Source: a virus. Taken from it: a stretch of DNA of 64,000 nucleotides. The stretch is taken from positions 1 through 64,000 of the IMG/VR virus record IMGVR_UViG_3300021957_000009. One strand, given 5' to 3'. The notes below the pieces were generated by a model. That model was given only the letters and a program-made list of their open reading frames with translations. It was not told the origin of the DNA and searched no databases. Positions 1 through 10,477 of the stretch are shown here, piece after piece; the first letter of the stretch is position 1; each line of letters opens with the position of its first letter. The position numbers and the translations under genes were made by a program.

Positions 1-3000
1 TCCCATCGATCAGTTGCATAGTTATATACAATACTGTGAGCACCAGTTACGTTACTAGCAACACCACTTGGACTTGTGATTGGACCAACTTCTAAACCAA
101 AACCACCCGTTGATGGTTCTGATGATAGGCTATTACCAGCAAGAACTAATGTATCTTCAACAGTTAAAGTCTCAGTGTTTAGAACTGTTTGTGTACCTTC
201 AACTTGTAAGTTTCCACCAACATACAAATTCTTACCAATAGATGCACCACCCGCAACAATTAATGCTCCGTCTGTTGCACTGTTTTCTGCTGATTGGGTA
301 GTATTTGTTATTGTAGTAATACCATCAATAGTTACTGTTGAATTAAGATCTGTATGACCATCGACTCTACCAGTTCCTTTAGCAACAAAGTTACCACTAG
401 AAGCAGTAACATTAAACTTAGTTGCTCCTACTTCAAAGTTTCCATCAACATCTAACGTACCATCAATTTGAGTATTACCAGAAGTTGCTGTTACATTAAA
501 CTTATTATTACCAACTCTTAAGTTGCCATCAACACCTAGTGTTGAATCTAATTCAGTAGCTCCGGTAACACCTAATGTTGAAGCTAAAGTTGTAGCTCCA
601 GTAACACCTAATGTACCACCAACGCTTGTATTACCAGAAGCTGAAAGACTAGATACCGAAGTATGTAGACTTACGCCAAGTGTTCCGTACACTGTAGTAT
701 TACCGTTAGAAGCAGTCACAGTAAACTTACTTTCATCTCCAGCGCCAACTCTAAAGTTACCATCAATTCCAGTAGCGCCATCAACTTCAAGAGTTCCATC
801 AATTTGCGTATTACCAGAAGATGCTGTCACATTAAACTTGTCTGCGCCAACTCTAAAGTTTCCATCAACACCTAGTGTTGAATCTAATTCAGTAGCTCCA
901 GTAACATTTAATGTTGAAGATAAAGTTGTAGCTCCTGTTACTCCAAGCGTACCTCCGACAGAAGTATTTCCTGTTACTCCAAGTGTACCACCTACAGAAG
1001 TATTTCCAGTAGAAGCAGCTACGGTAAAGTGGCTACCGCCTGATACTCCAACTCTAAAGTTACCATCAACTCCAGCAGTACCATCTACTTCTAAATTATT
1101 GTCTACTGTTAAGTTATTAGCAAAAGTTGCATTTTGACCTGATGCTGTTAAGAATAAAGCACCTAAATGTCCAGCTTTTAATTGAAAATCTGTTCCGCTC
1201 TTTGTAAATCTAGCATATTCAACACCGTCTTTTTTCAACACAGTGTGATTTGTTCCATTGTCGAATACAATGTTGCCCGATGAATTTATCAGGAACGAAT
1301 TTGATGTGATAGTGAAAGGATTAGCACCGGCAGAAATTTCTCTTGTTGAAGCATCAAATATAGCTTCAATTTCATTAAGAGCTCCGACAATTGTGCCAGC
1401 GTCTAAAGTTAAACCATCGACATCTCCGATATCACCTTGAATTTCTGTGATACCAGTTACAGCTGTTGTCGCAATATAGCCTGGTGCGTCATTAATTTCT
1501 GTAACGTCACCAAGTTCTGCTCTTAGTTCATTAATACCCGCTTTAAAATTAGTAGCCGATAGATCAGTAAACGAAACACCAGAAGTATATAACTCGGTGT
1601 GCAATTCGTTAATTGCATCTACGATAGAAGTCTTATCTGAAGTCAATAAACTTGATCTAGTTCTTTTAGTTCCACCTTCAGCATTAAACAAATCTTGTTC
1701 CAATTCGTTGATCGCTCCAACTAAATGAGTAGCAGTTGTGTTGAGACCTGTTACATTTCCTGTCACATAAATATCATCGTAAGTATTTTGAAGAGCAGTA
1801 GTAATATCAGTACCTACTAAACTAAAATCAGTATCTCCAATTTCAGCATCAATAACATTTATTGCACTGGTTAGAGTTGTTGAATTAGCAGTATCTACAG
1901 GACCTAAAGATCCAAATACCATATTACCGATTTCACCATGTAAAGATTGTAATGCTCCAGTGAGAGTATCAGGAGAACCTATATTATTAATAGAGGTGCT
2001 ACCAATAAAACCAGACATTGTGTTAATCGCAGTCGTATGATCTGTTACTGTATATGTAATATCTGTCGGCAAATTATCTACAATCGAAGATGAACCAAGT
2101 TCAGCATGTAATTTTTGTAATGCACCTGTTACAGTATCTGTTGTTCCGATATTAGCAATAGAAGTATCACCAATAAAGCTAGACATTGTATTTGTTGCAG
2201 TAGTATGATCAGTTACATTATACGTAAAATCACTAGGTAAATTATCTGCAAGAGACGATGAACCGATCTCAGTATGTAATTGATTTAGCGCAGTTTTAAT
2301 TGTATTATTAGTAGAAGAAATCGCGTTGATATTATCATTACCAATTTGATCTTCATGTTCTCTTACCGCCGCCGTTAGGTTCGAAGCAGATGTTCCTAAG
2401 TTACTAGAAGTAACATCACCTACTTCAGCATGTAATTGATTTAGCGCACCAGTAATTGTGTTATTAGAATCTCCAGCATCGACCGTGCTAATACTTTCGT
2501 TACCGATCTGATCTTCATGTTCTCTGATAGCAGTACTTACAGTTGAAGCAGCTGTACCCATTGCTCCAGCAGTAATTGTTCCAAGTTCAGCATCGTGTTC
2601 ATTAATTGCTAAAACTAAATCATTAGCAGCAGTTGTTAAACTCTCAACCGTACCAATGTCATCTTGTAATTCGTTAATTGCAGCAACAACATCTAATGAG
2701 AAAACTTTAATTTGATCAGATCCTGCAGCAGGTGTTGTTAATTCGATGTAAGATCCGTAAGTGTTATCTATTGCAGTAAGACTTCCGTGTGTAGTAATTG
2801 TATTACTAGAACCTAAAGCTCTTATAGATGAACCAGCACCAGATGTAATAAAGTTTCCGTTGTAAGTTTTTACTCTAATAACTCCACCAGAAACTGAGTG
2901 TAGAGTACCATACCAATCAGCATTTGCTTCAACGCCAGCTTGAGTTGATTCTGAGCTACCTTGATAAACAGTAACTCCTCTTGTAAAGTTTGTAAGTGTT

Positions 3001-3596
3001 GGAGATCCAGTATGAGTGATTGTTGCTTTGATATCAGCTACGTGGAAACCGTTTGCTGTCATAGTCTGACTTAGCTCTGTTCCGTTTTTGTACACTCTTA
3101 CAATACCAACTGGATTTGCTTCAATTACAATTCTAGCTATTTTTGCATGAGCTATTGTATCAGGTGAAGCAGCACCAACTTTTAAATCAGTAGAAGTACT
3201 AAAGTTTCCAGAAGAATCTCTAACTAAAATTTTATCGGTTGAAGCCGAAACGATAGTCGCTGAATAACTAGCAGATCCAGAAGTACCTTGATAAATAATA
3301 GCTCCAGCAATATAACTACTTGCTAAAGAAGAAACACTTTCAAGGATAATATATCCTCCAGTATTATCCAAGGTATGTACAGGACTTGTTTCAAATCGAG
3401 CCGTTTTAGCTGGGGTTGAAGTATCAGAACCGGCAAATAATGTATCACCAGCTCCAGCACTATAGACGTAAGTCTTATCTGCCATTAACGAATTAAGCTG
3501 TTCGTTATCACCTAGATGCAGTGAAATCTCGTTAGACTTTTGCCTAAGAGTTTCTAGTGTATCTGATTTATAAATTCTAGTTTCTTTGTTAGCCAT
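1..3596 (-). CDS. Long tail fibre-like virion protein, 3' end truncated by the window edge (>1190 aa)
   Basis: Missing from the ORF track because it runs off the edge. ATG at 3596 overlaps the upstream TAA (TAATG) and reads MANKETRIYKSDTLETLRQKSNE. It carries helical repeats (AINE/LHAEIG) and G/T-rich beta repeats (TLGVTGAT, KFNVTA). It sits directly after baseplate genes. Confidence 0.75.
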   Translation of the reverse strand, partial: MANKETRIYKSDTLETLRQKSNEISLHLGDNEQLNSLMADKTYVYSAGAGDTLFAGSDTSTPAKTARFETSPVHTLDNTGGYIILESVSSLASSYIAGAIIYQGTSGSASYSATIVSASTDKILVRDSSGNFSTSTDLKVGAASPDTIAHAKIARIVIEANPVGIVRVYKNGTELSQTMTANGFHVADIKATITHTGSPTLTNFTRGVTVYQGSSESTQAGVEANADWYGTLHSVSGGVIRVKTYNGNFITSGAGSSIRALGSSNTITTHGSLTAIDNTYGSYIELTTPAAGSDQIKVFSLDVVAAINELQDDIGTVESLTTAANDLVLAINEHDAELGTITAGAMGTAASTVSTAIREHEDQIGNESISTVDAGDSNNTITGALNQLHAEVGDVTSSNLGTSASNLTAAVREHEDQIGNDNINAISSTNNTIKTALNQLHTEIGSSSLADNLPSDFTYNVTDHTTATNTMSSFIGDTSIANIGTTDTVTGALQKLHAELGSSSIVDNLPTDITYTVTDHTTAINTMSGFIGSTSINNIGSPDTLTGALQSLHGEIGNMVFGSLGPVDTANSTTLTSAINVIDAEIGDTDFSLVGTDITTALQNTYDDIYVTGNVTGLNTTATHLVGAINELEQDLFNAEGGTKRTRSSLLTSDKTSIVDAINELHTELYTSGVSFTDLSATNFKAGINELRAELGDVTEINDAPGYIATTAVTGITEIQGDIGDVDGLTLDAGTIVGALNEIEAIFDASTREISAGANPFTITSNSFLINSSGNIVFDNGTNHTVLKKDGVEYARFTKSGTDFQLKAGHLGALFLTASGQNATFANNLTVDNNLEVDGTAGVDGNFRVGVSGGSHFTVAASTGNTSVGGTLGVTGNTSVGGTLGVTGATTLSSTLNVTGATELDSTLGVDGNFRVGADKFNVTASSGNTQIDGTLEVDGATGIDGNFRVGAGDESKFTVTASNGNTTVYGTLGVSLHTSVSSLSASGNTSVGGTLGVTGATTLASTLGVTGATELDSTLGVDGNLRVGNNKFNVTATSGNTQIDGTLDVDGNFEVGATKFNVTASSGNFVAKGTGRVDGHTDLNSTVTIDGITTITNTTQSAENSATDGALIVAGGASIGKNLYVGGNLQVEGTQTVLNTETLTVEDTLVLAGNSLSSEPSTGGFGLEVGPITSPSGVASNVTGAHSIVYNYATDRW
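526..899. repeat. Exact 38-bp direct repeat (526-563 and 862-899) inside the fibre gene
   Basis: CCATCAACACCTAGTGTTGAATCTAATTCAGTAGCTCC is present twice and corresponds to the repeated peptide GATELDSTLGVDG. Confidence 0.85.
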
Positions 3597-3823
3597 TATT
3601 TTCCACCAATTAGTTTCTGTAACATTTTCTTAATCTCAGCAACGTCATCTTTAAGGTTATCTATATCAAGACTTTGCTGTTCATCAAGTTTTCGTTTTTG
3701 TTCTGTTGCTTTAATCTGAGCTCGCCTCATGAGGTAAGCATCTGTATTAGTATTTATAATAGCTTGATTGGCCATATCCCTAATAAGGTCAGGATTATTT
3801 TCAACTTTTTTCTTCTTAGCCAT
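3596..3823 (-). CDS. Small conserved T4-like phage protein (coiled coil)
   Basis: 75 aa with L.RD....AIIN motif and a C-terminal heptad repeat; GGAG RBS; typical position after the DUF4815-type gene. Confidence 0.7.
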   Translation of the reverse strand: MAKKKKVENNPDLIRDMANQAIINTNTDAYLMRRAQIKATEQKRKLDEQQSLDIDNLKDDVAEIKKMLQKLIGGK

Positions 3824-3838
3824 TTATATTATTCTCCA

Positions 3839-6800
3839 TTATGTCGCAGCTATCGCTCTAAAGTCTTTTATCGTTGGAGGTGTAGATGAGTTCTGAGATC
3901 TCAAAATTATTTTAAAGGCCATTGAACCAAAACTTCCAGTCGGATCAATACTATATTTAGCCTCGCTATAAACACCACCGTTATCAGTCGGTAAATCATC
4001 AGCGGGTGAAGCTTGAATCCAGTTTAATGAATTAAAGTCAACATCTGAACCAGCTGCTAAGGTTTTATAATATAAATCTATATTACCACCAGCTGGAATA
4101 TTAGCAGCAAAATAAACATCAATAACATCTGCTTCTTCAGCCAAATCAATTTTCTTAGTTATATATTTACAAAGCTCCGAACCACCGTAAGCATTTGTTT
4201 CAGCAGTAGTTCCATTATCACCGACTCTGTTTTGTACTAGAGTTGCGGATAATGTATCAGCGTCTAGTACAGGAGTTAAGTGAGTACTGTTACTCGTAAG
4301 TACACATTTAATTTTAAACGATTTACCAGCACCAGTAATCAAAGATTCATTTACTGAAGAAACTACAGTTTGTGGAACATTGAAAAATTGATTCATGTTC
4401 GGCAAAATTTCTATTGGCGTAGTTGGCATACTGTGAGCAACTTCGCTACCATTAATCGATTTTCCTGAACAAGGAGTTAAATAAAATCTTATATCAGTTC
4501 CTGGTACAATCATAGTCGCAGCAGTTAAATTGCATAAATCATAATGGTAATTTTCAGTAGCGGTTATTGTAGATCCACCACCTGAACCAGAAGCATTAGC
4601 GTTCGTGCTGCCGGCAGAAATTGTGTAAGTGTCATGAGTGACATTACCAATAGTATGAGTGCCATTAATATCATTTGCATTAATGTTATTAAATGTGACT
4701 GCTCCAGAAATAATAACTTTAGATGATCCGCCATGCAATCCGTGATTCTTATGTCTTACTGTGATACTAGTAGAACCACTAGTTGATTCTAAACAATCTG
4801 CTTTTAATTTTTTAACTGGTACAACGTCATTCACTAAATATAATTCTTTCTGAGATGAACCAAACTCAGCTCTGTTTAAAGTAAACTTAAGATCTTTACT
4901 TTGATCTGGAGTCCAAGTTGAAGCGTTTTGAGAAGTAAAGAATGAACCGCCGTGTGGTTGCTTATTAATTCTGTAATTAGTATTTGTTACATCAAAGCCA
5001 CCCATTTCAGCGACCCAAGCTTCATACTCATCACATTGTGATTGTATCACAATTGAATATTCTTGGTCTTGCATAAGGTAAACAGGATAGTCAAAAGTAA
5101 ATCGTGTCGCATTACTTGCTGTAGCCGATACGCTAACGTCTGCAGAAAACTTATCAACTTCAGTTCCTGGAATAGTAATCTGTGTGGGTGTGCCATTCTC
5201 ATTAGCTACGATGCTTACAGATACAGGTATATCAGTATCATCTCCACTCTTAATTGTAAATTTAGATTTAAAGAATAGATCAATAGAAGTTACAAATAGA
5301 CCGCCAGATTTTTCAATCAATATTGATTGAGCCAATGGATCTGCCCAAGTAGTAGTTTCATTTCTAAATGTTTCACTGATTACTCTAGAGTCACTTAATC
5401 TAGATGTTTCTAATCTAGGAACTTTAGTACTTACAATAGTTCTTTCAGTCGATTCAATTAGACCTTGTGCATGGAATAGAGTTTCCGCAGAAGTATCTTC
5501 AGCAACTCTATCGCCAGTAGAAGAATCCGACAATCTAAATTCTTTTACACCAGTTTTAAATTTAGTGCTATTATTTCTAGGTATAATAAATGTGCCAGTA
5601 ACCTTACCTTGATTATCTGTAGTTAATACTCCAGAACTTCCCTCTGGATGTGATGTTGCGCCCGCGTAATTAAGAACAGTACTTGTATCAGACCATTCTT
5701 GATAAGCTTCTTCTCTACAAAATGCAGTAACGTTAACGTCATTAAAGAAAGCGTATACTTTAGTGTTAGGCTTCATTCTAGAAGCTTTAAAGTAAATTTT
5801 CCTTGATCTCATAAATGGAACAAAGTTAACTTCAACAATTCTACTTCCAGTTTCTCGTGTTACAGTGTCAAAGGCAACATCAGTTCTTAATCCTGTTCTT
5901 GCTTGATTAGAAGTTACTGTAGTAGTTGCTATTGATGTTGTACCAACACGTCCTCCACGTCCACCGCCGAATCTAAATCCACCGTCTGTAAAGTTCCACC
6001 AATTACCACGTCTGCTTCTTGTCTCTACCTCTGTTTCTACTTGTCTTCCGGTCCAGTTTGTTTGCCACTCGTTCCATACGGTGCCAAGTATTCCTTCTTC
6101 TTCAGCTCTAGCAACAAACTGTTCATATTGTCCATTGTCATCTATTACAACATCGGGTCTAACATCAGTTTCTTTCCATTCATCAGAAGCCGGAGATAGA
6201 TGTACTCTACCGTCCCATGTAAACACATTATATGGGTTTACGTTAATAGCAACTGAAGCGTAAGGCTGTGTTGTATGCGCGACTTCAGTAAAGTTGAGTA
6301 TCCAATTAGAACCTCTTTTCTGGGCTATAGCAGACCCGCTTTGTGCTGGATCAGTAATTAAATTTATATTTTTACTAGGACATTCTGGCCTTAGTAATCC
6401 ATTTTGCTTATCGATTGATTCACTGCATTCTTTATGTGTAGAATCAATTACTGAGTGATCTTTAAATGAATCTACAATGATACCATTTTTAAATCTTGGA
6501 GTAGTACCATCAACCATATGAACATCTGCTGCTGATTGTTCTAGTAAAGATAAAGAAGTGTAATATTCTAGATTCTTGATTCTCTTATCTAGCTTACCAA
6601 TATCTTTCATTGTGTATCTTTTATTATCTTGAATTACTGGAATAATATCATTTAAAGTAAATACATAAGGCTTAAGTTTTAATTGATATAATGTCAAAGC
6701 ATCTTTCTTATCTGCTGGCGGTTGAGGGTATTCTGATGGAACACCTTTAATAACTTCGAATCCTCCATCTCTTTTAATTACGAGTTTATCGATCCTTGGA

Positions 6801-9034
6801 AGATAATAACTAATATCAGCAGTTAGTGCATGACCAACTTTTGGTGCACCTGATAAGCTTGATCCGGTAGAACTAAAACTTGTGCCTGCATCATTTTTTC
6901 TTGGTCTAAAGTCTATGCAATCTCTTAAGTCTAGATTTCCTGTAGCTCCAGCGAATGATTGAATATTTTTGTAATCAGCACTAGGATACGAATCAACGCA
7001 GAAATAATCTCCTGCACCATGAACGTAATACTTCAACGTTACTACCATATTGCCATTCACTACAGCTGCTGTACCACCATTCTTTACAATTTTAGCTACG
7101 TCATAAAAATTATCACGTTGACCGTCATCTAATGTAAAGTCGTTTGTAATATTAGTTCCTGCAGAATCTACAATAGAAACTATCTCAATAACATCAGCTA
7201 ATCCTAAATTGTAAGATGCAGTATTGCCGTTAGTAACATTAATTGTTACTGTATCAGTTGTATTTGTTTTGGATTTTGGTGCTATTGTCTTTTTAATAGT
7301 AGCAATTATACTACATGCAATATTATTACCAATACCAATCCCATTAGTAAACTCTACTGACGTTGTACCATTTCCTGTTCCATCGACTTTGTGTGCACTT
7401 AAATTTGTTTTTACATCTTGTCCAGCTGGTGCTATAATAACATCTGTATCATCTGTAAACAATCCAGTAGAAGTAGAAAATGTTAATGTTCCAGTACTAC
7501 TAGTACTTGCTGAAAAAATTCTTTTTATTTTATATGTAGTATCTCCAAACGCATTACCTAGAGGATTAGTTCCAGATAATGATTTAATTGCTGACTGTGG
7601 CAATTTAAATACCGCAGTGTTAGTACCAACATTAAATCGTGTTCCTGCGTCAGAAAGAGTAGCAACAAAACTATTAGCTCCAGAAACGTTATCAACATCG
7701 CTAAATGTTTTTCCAGCTGTTGTAATAGCAATATCAAATAAATATAATCTTATATGGTCGGTTTTGAATTCCATACCACGAACTCTTGCAGTACCAATCG
7801 AAGCCCCAGAATCTTTAAGAGTAATGGTTGAAAAGCCTTCTAAATCAGGAACTCCTCTAAATCCGGTAGTACTACACTTAATATAGTTACCAAAGTTTAT
7901 TTGAGTGTTAGCTTCATTCTGAAATCCTGCCGCATCGTCGCCTCTTGGCTTATCAATGTTTACGTATGTTGTTCCAACTTTTTGGTTCCTATAACCTTGA
8001 ACATATGCGGTGGAAGGTTCGATGCCTAATGCGATTTTATCATCATCACCTCCGTCACCTGCCAGATACTTACCAAAGTTTGTGGTTGTATCTAAGTGTT
8101 CTAAAATCTCTAGCTCAAAAGGCTTAACAACGTAATCACCAGATTCGTCATGTGTTCTTTGTGCAAGTCTTAATGATAAACCAGTATCTTCGGTTTTATC
8201 AGTTTTATCTACGTTAACTTCTCCGTTATCAACGGTGATTAAAGAAATATAGTTATTAACGGTTCTTGATGCAATTGCAATTGGTTGCTTAATTAGTGTC
8301 GTAGTAATTTGATATCTATTAGCACCAGGAGCCGAAGTGTTTGGTACGCCTTGAGCATTATCTACTAATGAACCATCATCTCCAGAAGAGATTACATTTT
8401 CATTGACCTGTAATCCAATAATATAAGAAGGATTATTACTATATTTGTCAAGTATAAGAGTTGATGCTGGAACATATGTAAAACAACCAGATATAAAATA
8501 AACACCTTCTGAAATAGATACAGTAGAACCTTTACCTACAGCCGGATCTGACTCAGAAGTCGTTGTCCTAACTTGTCCTGCTTTAGACGTTGAAGCATTA
8601 GAAGCAAAATTATCTCCTGCAGCAAACACGCCAACAGTACCATTAGTACTATCGGATTTTATATATTTAATATATAATGTATCCGGATTTGCAGCGTCAA
8701 CGGCCGATACTGCTTGTAGCACAGTAGCTTTAACTCCGTTAGTTCCAGTGATAACAGTGTTTTCAAATAAGTTTAAATCAGATGTTGATTGTAGCTTTAT
8801 AAAATCATATTCTACATTAAGAGATACTTCTCCATTTACAACTCGTGAACCATCTTTAAATGCATATTGTCCATGTCGATCTATTTGAGCCTGCAATGAA
8901 GTTTGTAATTGAGTAAGCTCTCTTGCTTGTACTGCGTAACCTGGACGAAATAAAATTCTATGATAATTTTTACTTTCATCAAAGTCATCGTAATACGGAG
9001 ACTCGGAATATTTTTTAATTGAGGTTGTAGTCAT
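3839..9034 (-). CDS. Large virion structural/baseplate-associated protein (DUF4815/VrlC-like)
   Basis: 1731 aa; N-terminal PYYDDFD..K.YHRILFRPG.AVQARELTQLQ motif; RYTMKDIGKLDKRI..LEYYTSLSLLE; DPLAQS. Confidence 0.85.
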   Translation of the reverse strand: MTTTSIKKYSESPYYDDFDESKNYHRILFRPGYAVQARELTQLQTSLQAQIDRHGQYAFKDGSRVVNGEVSLNVEYDFIKLQSTSDLNLFENTVITGTNGVKATVLQAVSAVDAANPDTLYIKYIKSDSTNGTVGVFAAGDNFASNASTSKAGQVRTTTSESDPAVGKGSTVSISEGVYFISGCFTYVPASTLILDKYSNNPSYIIGLQVNENVISSGDDGSLVDNAQGVPNTSAPGANRYQITTTLIKQPIAIASRTVNNYISLITVDNGEVNVDKTDKTEDTGLSLRLAQRTHDESGDYVVKPFELEILEHLDTTTNFGKYLAGDGGDDDKIALGIEPSTAYVQGYRNQKVGTTYVNIDKPRGDDAAGFQNEANTQINFGNYIKCSTTGFRGVPDLEGFSTITLKDSGASIGTARVRGMEFKTDHIRLYLFDIAITTAGKTFSDVDNVSGANSFVATLSDAGTRFNVGTNTAVFKLPQSAIKSLSGTNPLGNAFGDTTYKIKRIFSASTSSTGTLTFSTSTGLFTDDTDVIIAPAGQDVKTNLSAHKVDGTGNGTTSVEFTNGIGIGNNIACSIIATIKKTIAPKSKTNTTDTVTINVTNGNTASYNLGLADVIEIVSIVDSAGTNITNDFTLDDGQRDNFYDVAKIVKNGGTAAVVNGNMVVTLKYYVHGAGDYFCVDSYPSADYKNIQSFAGATGNLDLRDCIDFRPRKNDAGTSFSSTGSSLSGAPKVGHALTADISYYLPRIDKLVIKRDGGFEVIKGVPSEYPQPPADKKDALTLYQLKLKPYVFTLNDIIPVIQDNKRYTMKDIGKLDKRIKNLEYYTSLSLLEQSAADVHMVDGTTPRFKNGIIVDSFKDHSVIDSTHKECSESIDKQNGLLRPECPSKNINLITDPAQSGSAIAQKRGSNWILNFTEVAHTTQPYASVAINVNPYNVFTWDGRVHLSPASDEWKETDVRPDVVIDDNGQYEQFVARAEEEGILGTVWNEWQTNWTGRQVETEVETRSRRGNWWNFTDGGFRFGGGRGGRVGTTSIATTTVTSNQARTGLRTDVAFDTVTRETGSRIVEVNFVPFMRSRKIYFKASRMKPNTKVYAFFNDVNVTAFCREEAYQEWSDTSTVLNYAGATSHPEGSSGVLTTDNQGKVTGTFIIPRNNSTKFKTGVKEFRLSDSSTGDRVAEDTSAETLFHAQGLIESTERTIVSTKVPRLETSRLSDSRVISETFRNETTTWADPLAQSILIEKSGGLFVTSIDLFFKSKFTIKSGDDTDIPVSVSIVANENGTPTQITIPGTEVDKFSADVSVSATASNATRFTFDYPVYLMQDQEYSIVIQSQCDEYEAWVAEMGGFDVTNTNYRINKQPHGGSFFTSQNASTWTPDQSKDLKFTLNRAEFGSSQKELYLVNDVVPVKKLKADCLESTSGSTSITVRHKNHGLHGGSSKVIISGAVTFNNINANDINGTHTIGNVTHDTYTISAGSTNANASGSGGGSTITATENYHYDLCNLTAATMIVPGTDIRFYLTPCSGKSINGSEVAHSMPTTPIEILPNMNQFFNVPQTVVSSVNESLITGAGKSFKIKCVLTSNSTHLTPVLDADTLSATLVQNRVGDNGTTAETNAYGGSELCKYITKKIDLAEEADVIDVYFAANIPAGGNIDLYYKTLAAGSDVDFNSLNWIQASPADDLPTDNGGVYSEAKYSIDPTGSFGSMAFKIILRSQNSSTPPTIKDFRAIAAT

Positions 9035-9059
9035 AAGTTCTCTCTTTTATATTTACTAA

Positions 9060-9067
9060 TATTTATA
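9060..9067 (-). promoter_or_regulatory. T4-type late promoter TATAAATA
   Basis: Exact TATAAATA on the minus strand about 25 bp upstream of the 9034 start. Confidence 0.75.
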
Positions 9068-10465
9068 TTAGAATTCTATAATAATTTTAATGTCTTCGAT
9101 CTGTGAAGAGATCCTATCAATTGGATTTCTGTTTTCAAGAAAGACGATGTCTCCAGAATGCTTATTAATATCTGCTGCAGTGTGGAATGTATTAGCCGCA
9201 GATGTTGGAGTTCCAGTTGCACCTGAAGTAGCACCAGTAACCGTTCCAGCCGTATGCAAGAAGTTTCCATATCCAGTTTTATTATTTTGGTTATAGTAAT
9301 AAACACCCGCACTAGTAATTTCGGTAATGAAAGCTTCTACTCTATTAGCACCAGTTCCTTGAGTGATAAGTTCGTCAACCTGGAATGTACCAGTTGTTGA
9401 AGCAAAGCTGATACCAGGAGTTGCTTTACGAGTTGCGCTTGTTGAAACCGCACCGCCTGATGTGTTTGTTGGATTTTTAATTAGGGTGATTTGTCTAAAA
9501 TCATTTCCTACTGTAAGGTCTTCTTCAGATCCACCGGTTCCATCCAACAAAGTGTTAACAGCGATAAAGAAAGCTCCTAGCTCTTTTACAGGATCTGTAC
9601 CGTGTCCACCTTGTGGAGAAATAACTGCACGTGCAGTAGCATCTGAACCACCGCCTCCAGAAATTAAAATATGAGCTGTTGAATAATCTCTACCTTTATC
9701 TGTAAGAGTTATACTTGTTACAGCCGTACCAGTTCTCGCTGCAGTAGCAGCAGCTGTAGTTCCAGCACCAGTAATAATAACCGTTGGATTGGAAGTATAG
9801 CCAGAACCACCAGCTGTTACTTCTATTCTTTCAATACCCGCAACTTTACTTGCATTAGTTGAAGCTTTTTGGTTTAAATACTGGGCATAGTCACCTTCTG
9901 ATAAAGCAGTTTCAGCTGCATCGTCATCGGAATATAAAGAAAGATCAATAGTTTTTACAGGCATGTAAGCTGTTGTAAGGAATTTTTCTGCATCGGCGAC
10001 GGCTACCGTATACATATATTTCCAAATGTAATTATCTGATTCACCTTGAGGGTCTGTTAATGTTTGTGCTGGTTCTTGAGTAGATGCGTTACCTGGAGCA
10101 TATATACATTTGTAAACTTTAAACTCAGAAGTAATAACATAAAACTTTTTATCAAAGATATCTGCATCATCAGAATCCCAGGCGACATAACTATTACCGG
10201 TTGTCCAAGTGTGTCTTGGTACAACGTGCGATACATCAGAAGCATTCAATAGCTTCATCGCGAATAAGTTTTCCCGAGCTTCTACCAACGAATCAATGGT
10301 ATCATACGGAGTAAATGGTGCTGCATCGGTCGTGTCAGATGTTGAGTTAGACCATACGTCGGTTTTACCAATACCAACAAATACACTTGTACCTGATGCC
10401 GCTATGTCTTCTTTGAAATTTTCTGCATTCAAAGTTCTGAATTTAGAAGTTACTATTGCCGTCAT
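9068..10465 (-). CDS. gp8: Baseplate wedge subunit gp8
   Basis: MTAIVTSKFR..NA; FYVITSEFKVYKC; D.YIWKYMYT; C-terminal ENR.PI.R...Q.EDIKIIIEF. Confidence 0.85.
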   Translation of the reverse strand: MTAIVTSKFRTLNAENFKEDIAASGTSVFVGIGKTDVWSNSTSDTTDAAPFTPYDTIDSLVEARENLFAMKLLNASDVSHVVPRHTWTTGNSYVAWDSDDADIFDKKFYVITSEFKVYKCIYAPGNASTQEPAQTLTDPQGESDNYIWKYMYTVAVADAEKFLTTAYMPVKTIDLSLYSDDDAAETALSEGDYAQYLNQKASTNASKVAGIERIEVTAGGSGYTSNPTVIITGAGTTAAATAARTGTAVTSITLTDKGRDYSTAHILISGGGGSDATARAVISPQGGHGTDPVKELGAFFIAVNTLLDGTGGSEEDLTVGNDFRQITLIKNPTNTSGGAVSTSATRKATPGISFASTTGTFQVDELITQGTGANRVEAFITEITSAGVYYYNQNNKTGYGNFLHTAGTVTGATSGATGTPTSAANTFHTAADINKHSGDIVFLENRNPIDRISSQIEDIKIIIEF

Positions 10466-10477
10466 TTTTATTTCCTA

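Noticed and set aside
526-1010. Direct repeats as a possible CRISPR array or DGR template/variable repeat
   Set aside because: The repeats are in-frame coding duplications without regular unique spacers or adenine-specific mismatches, and no cas or reverse transcriptase gene is present.
76-1440. Plus-strand ORFs 76-357, 523-1137 and 1258-1440 with P/V/T/S repeats
   Set aside because: They are antisense shadows of the repetitive minus-strand tail fibre gene.
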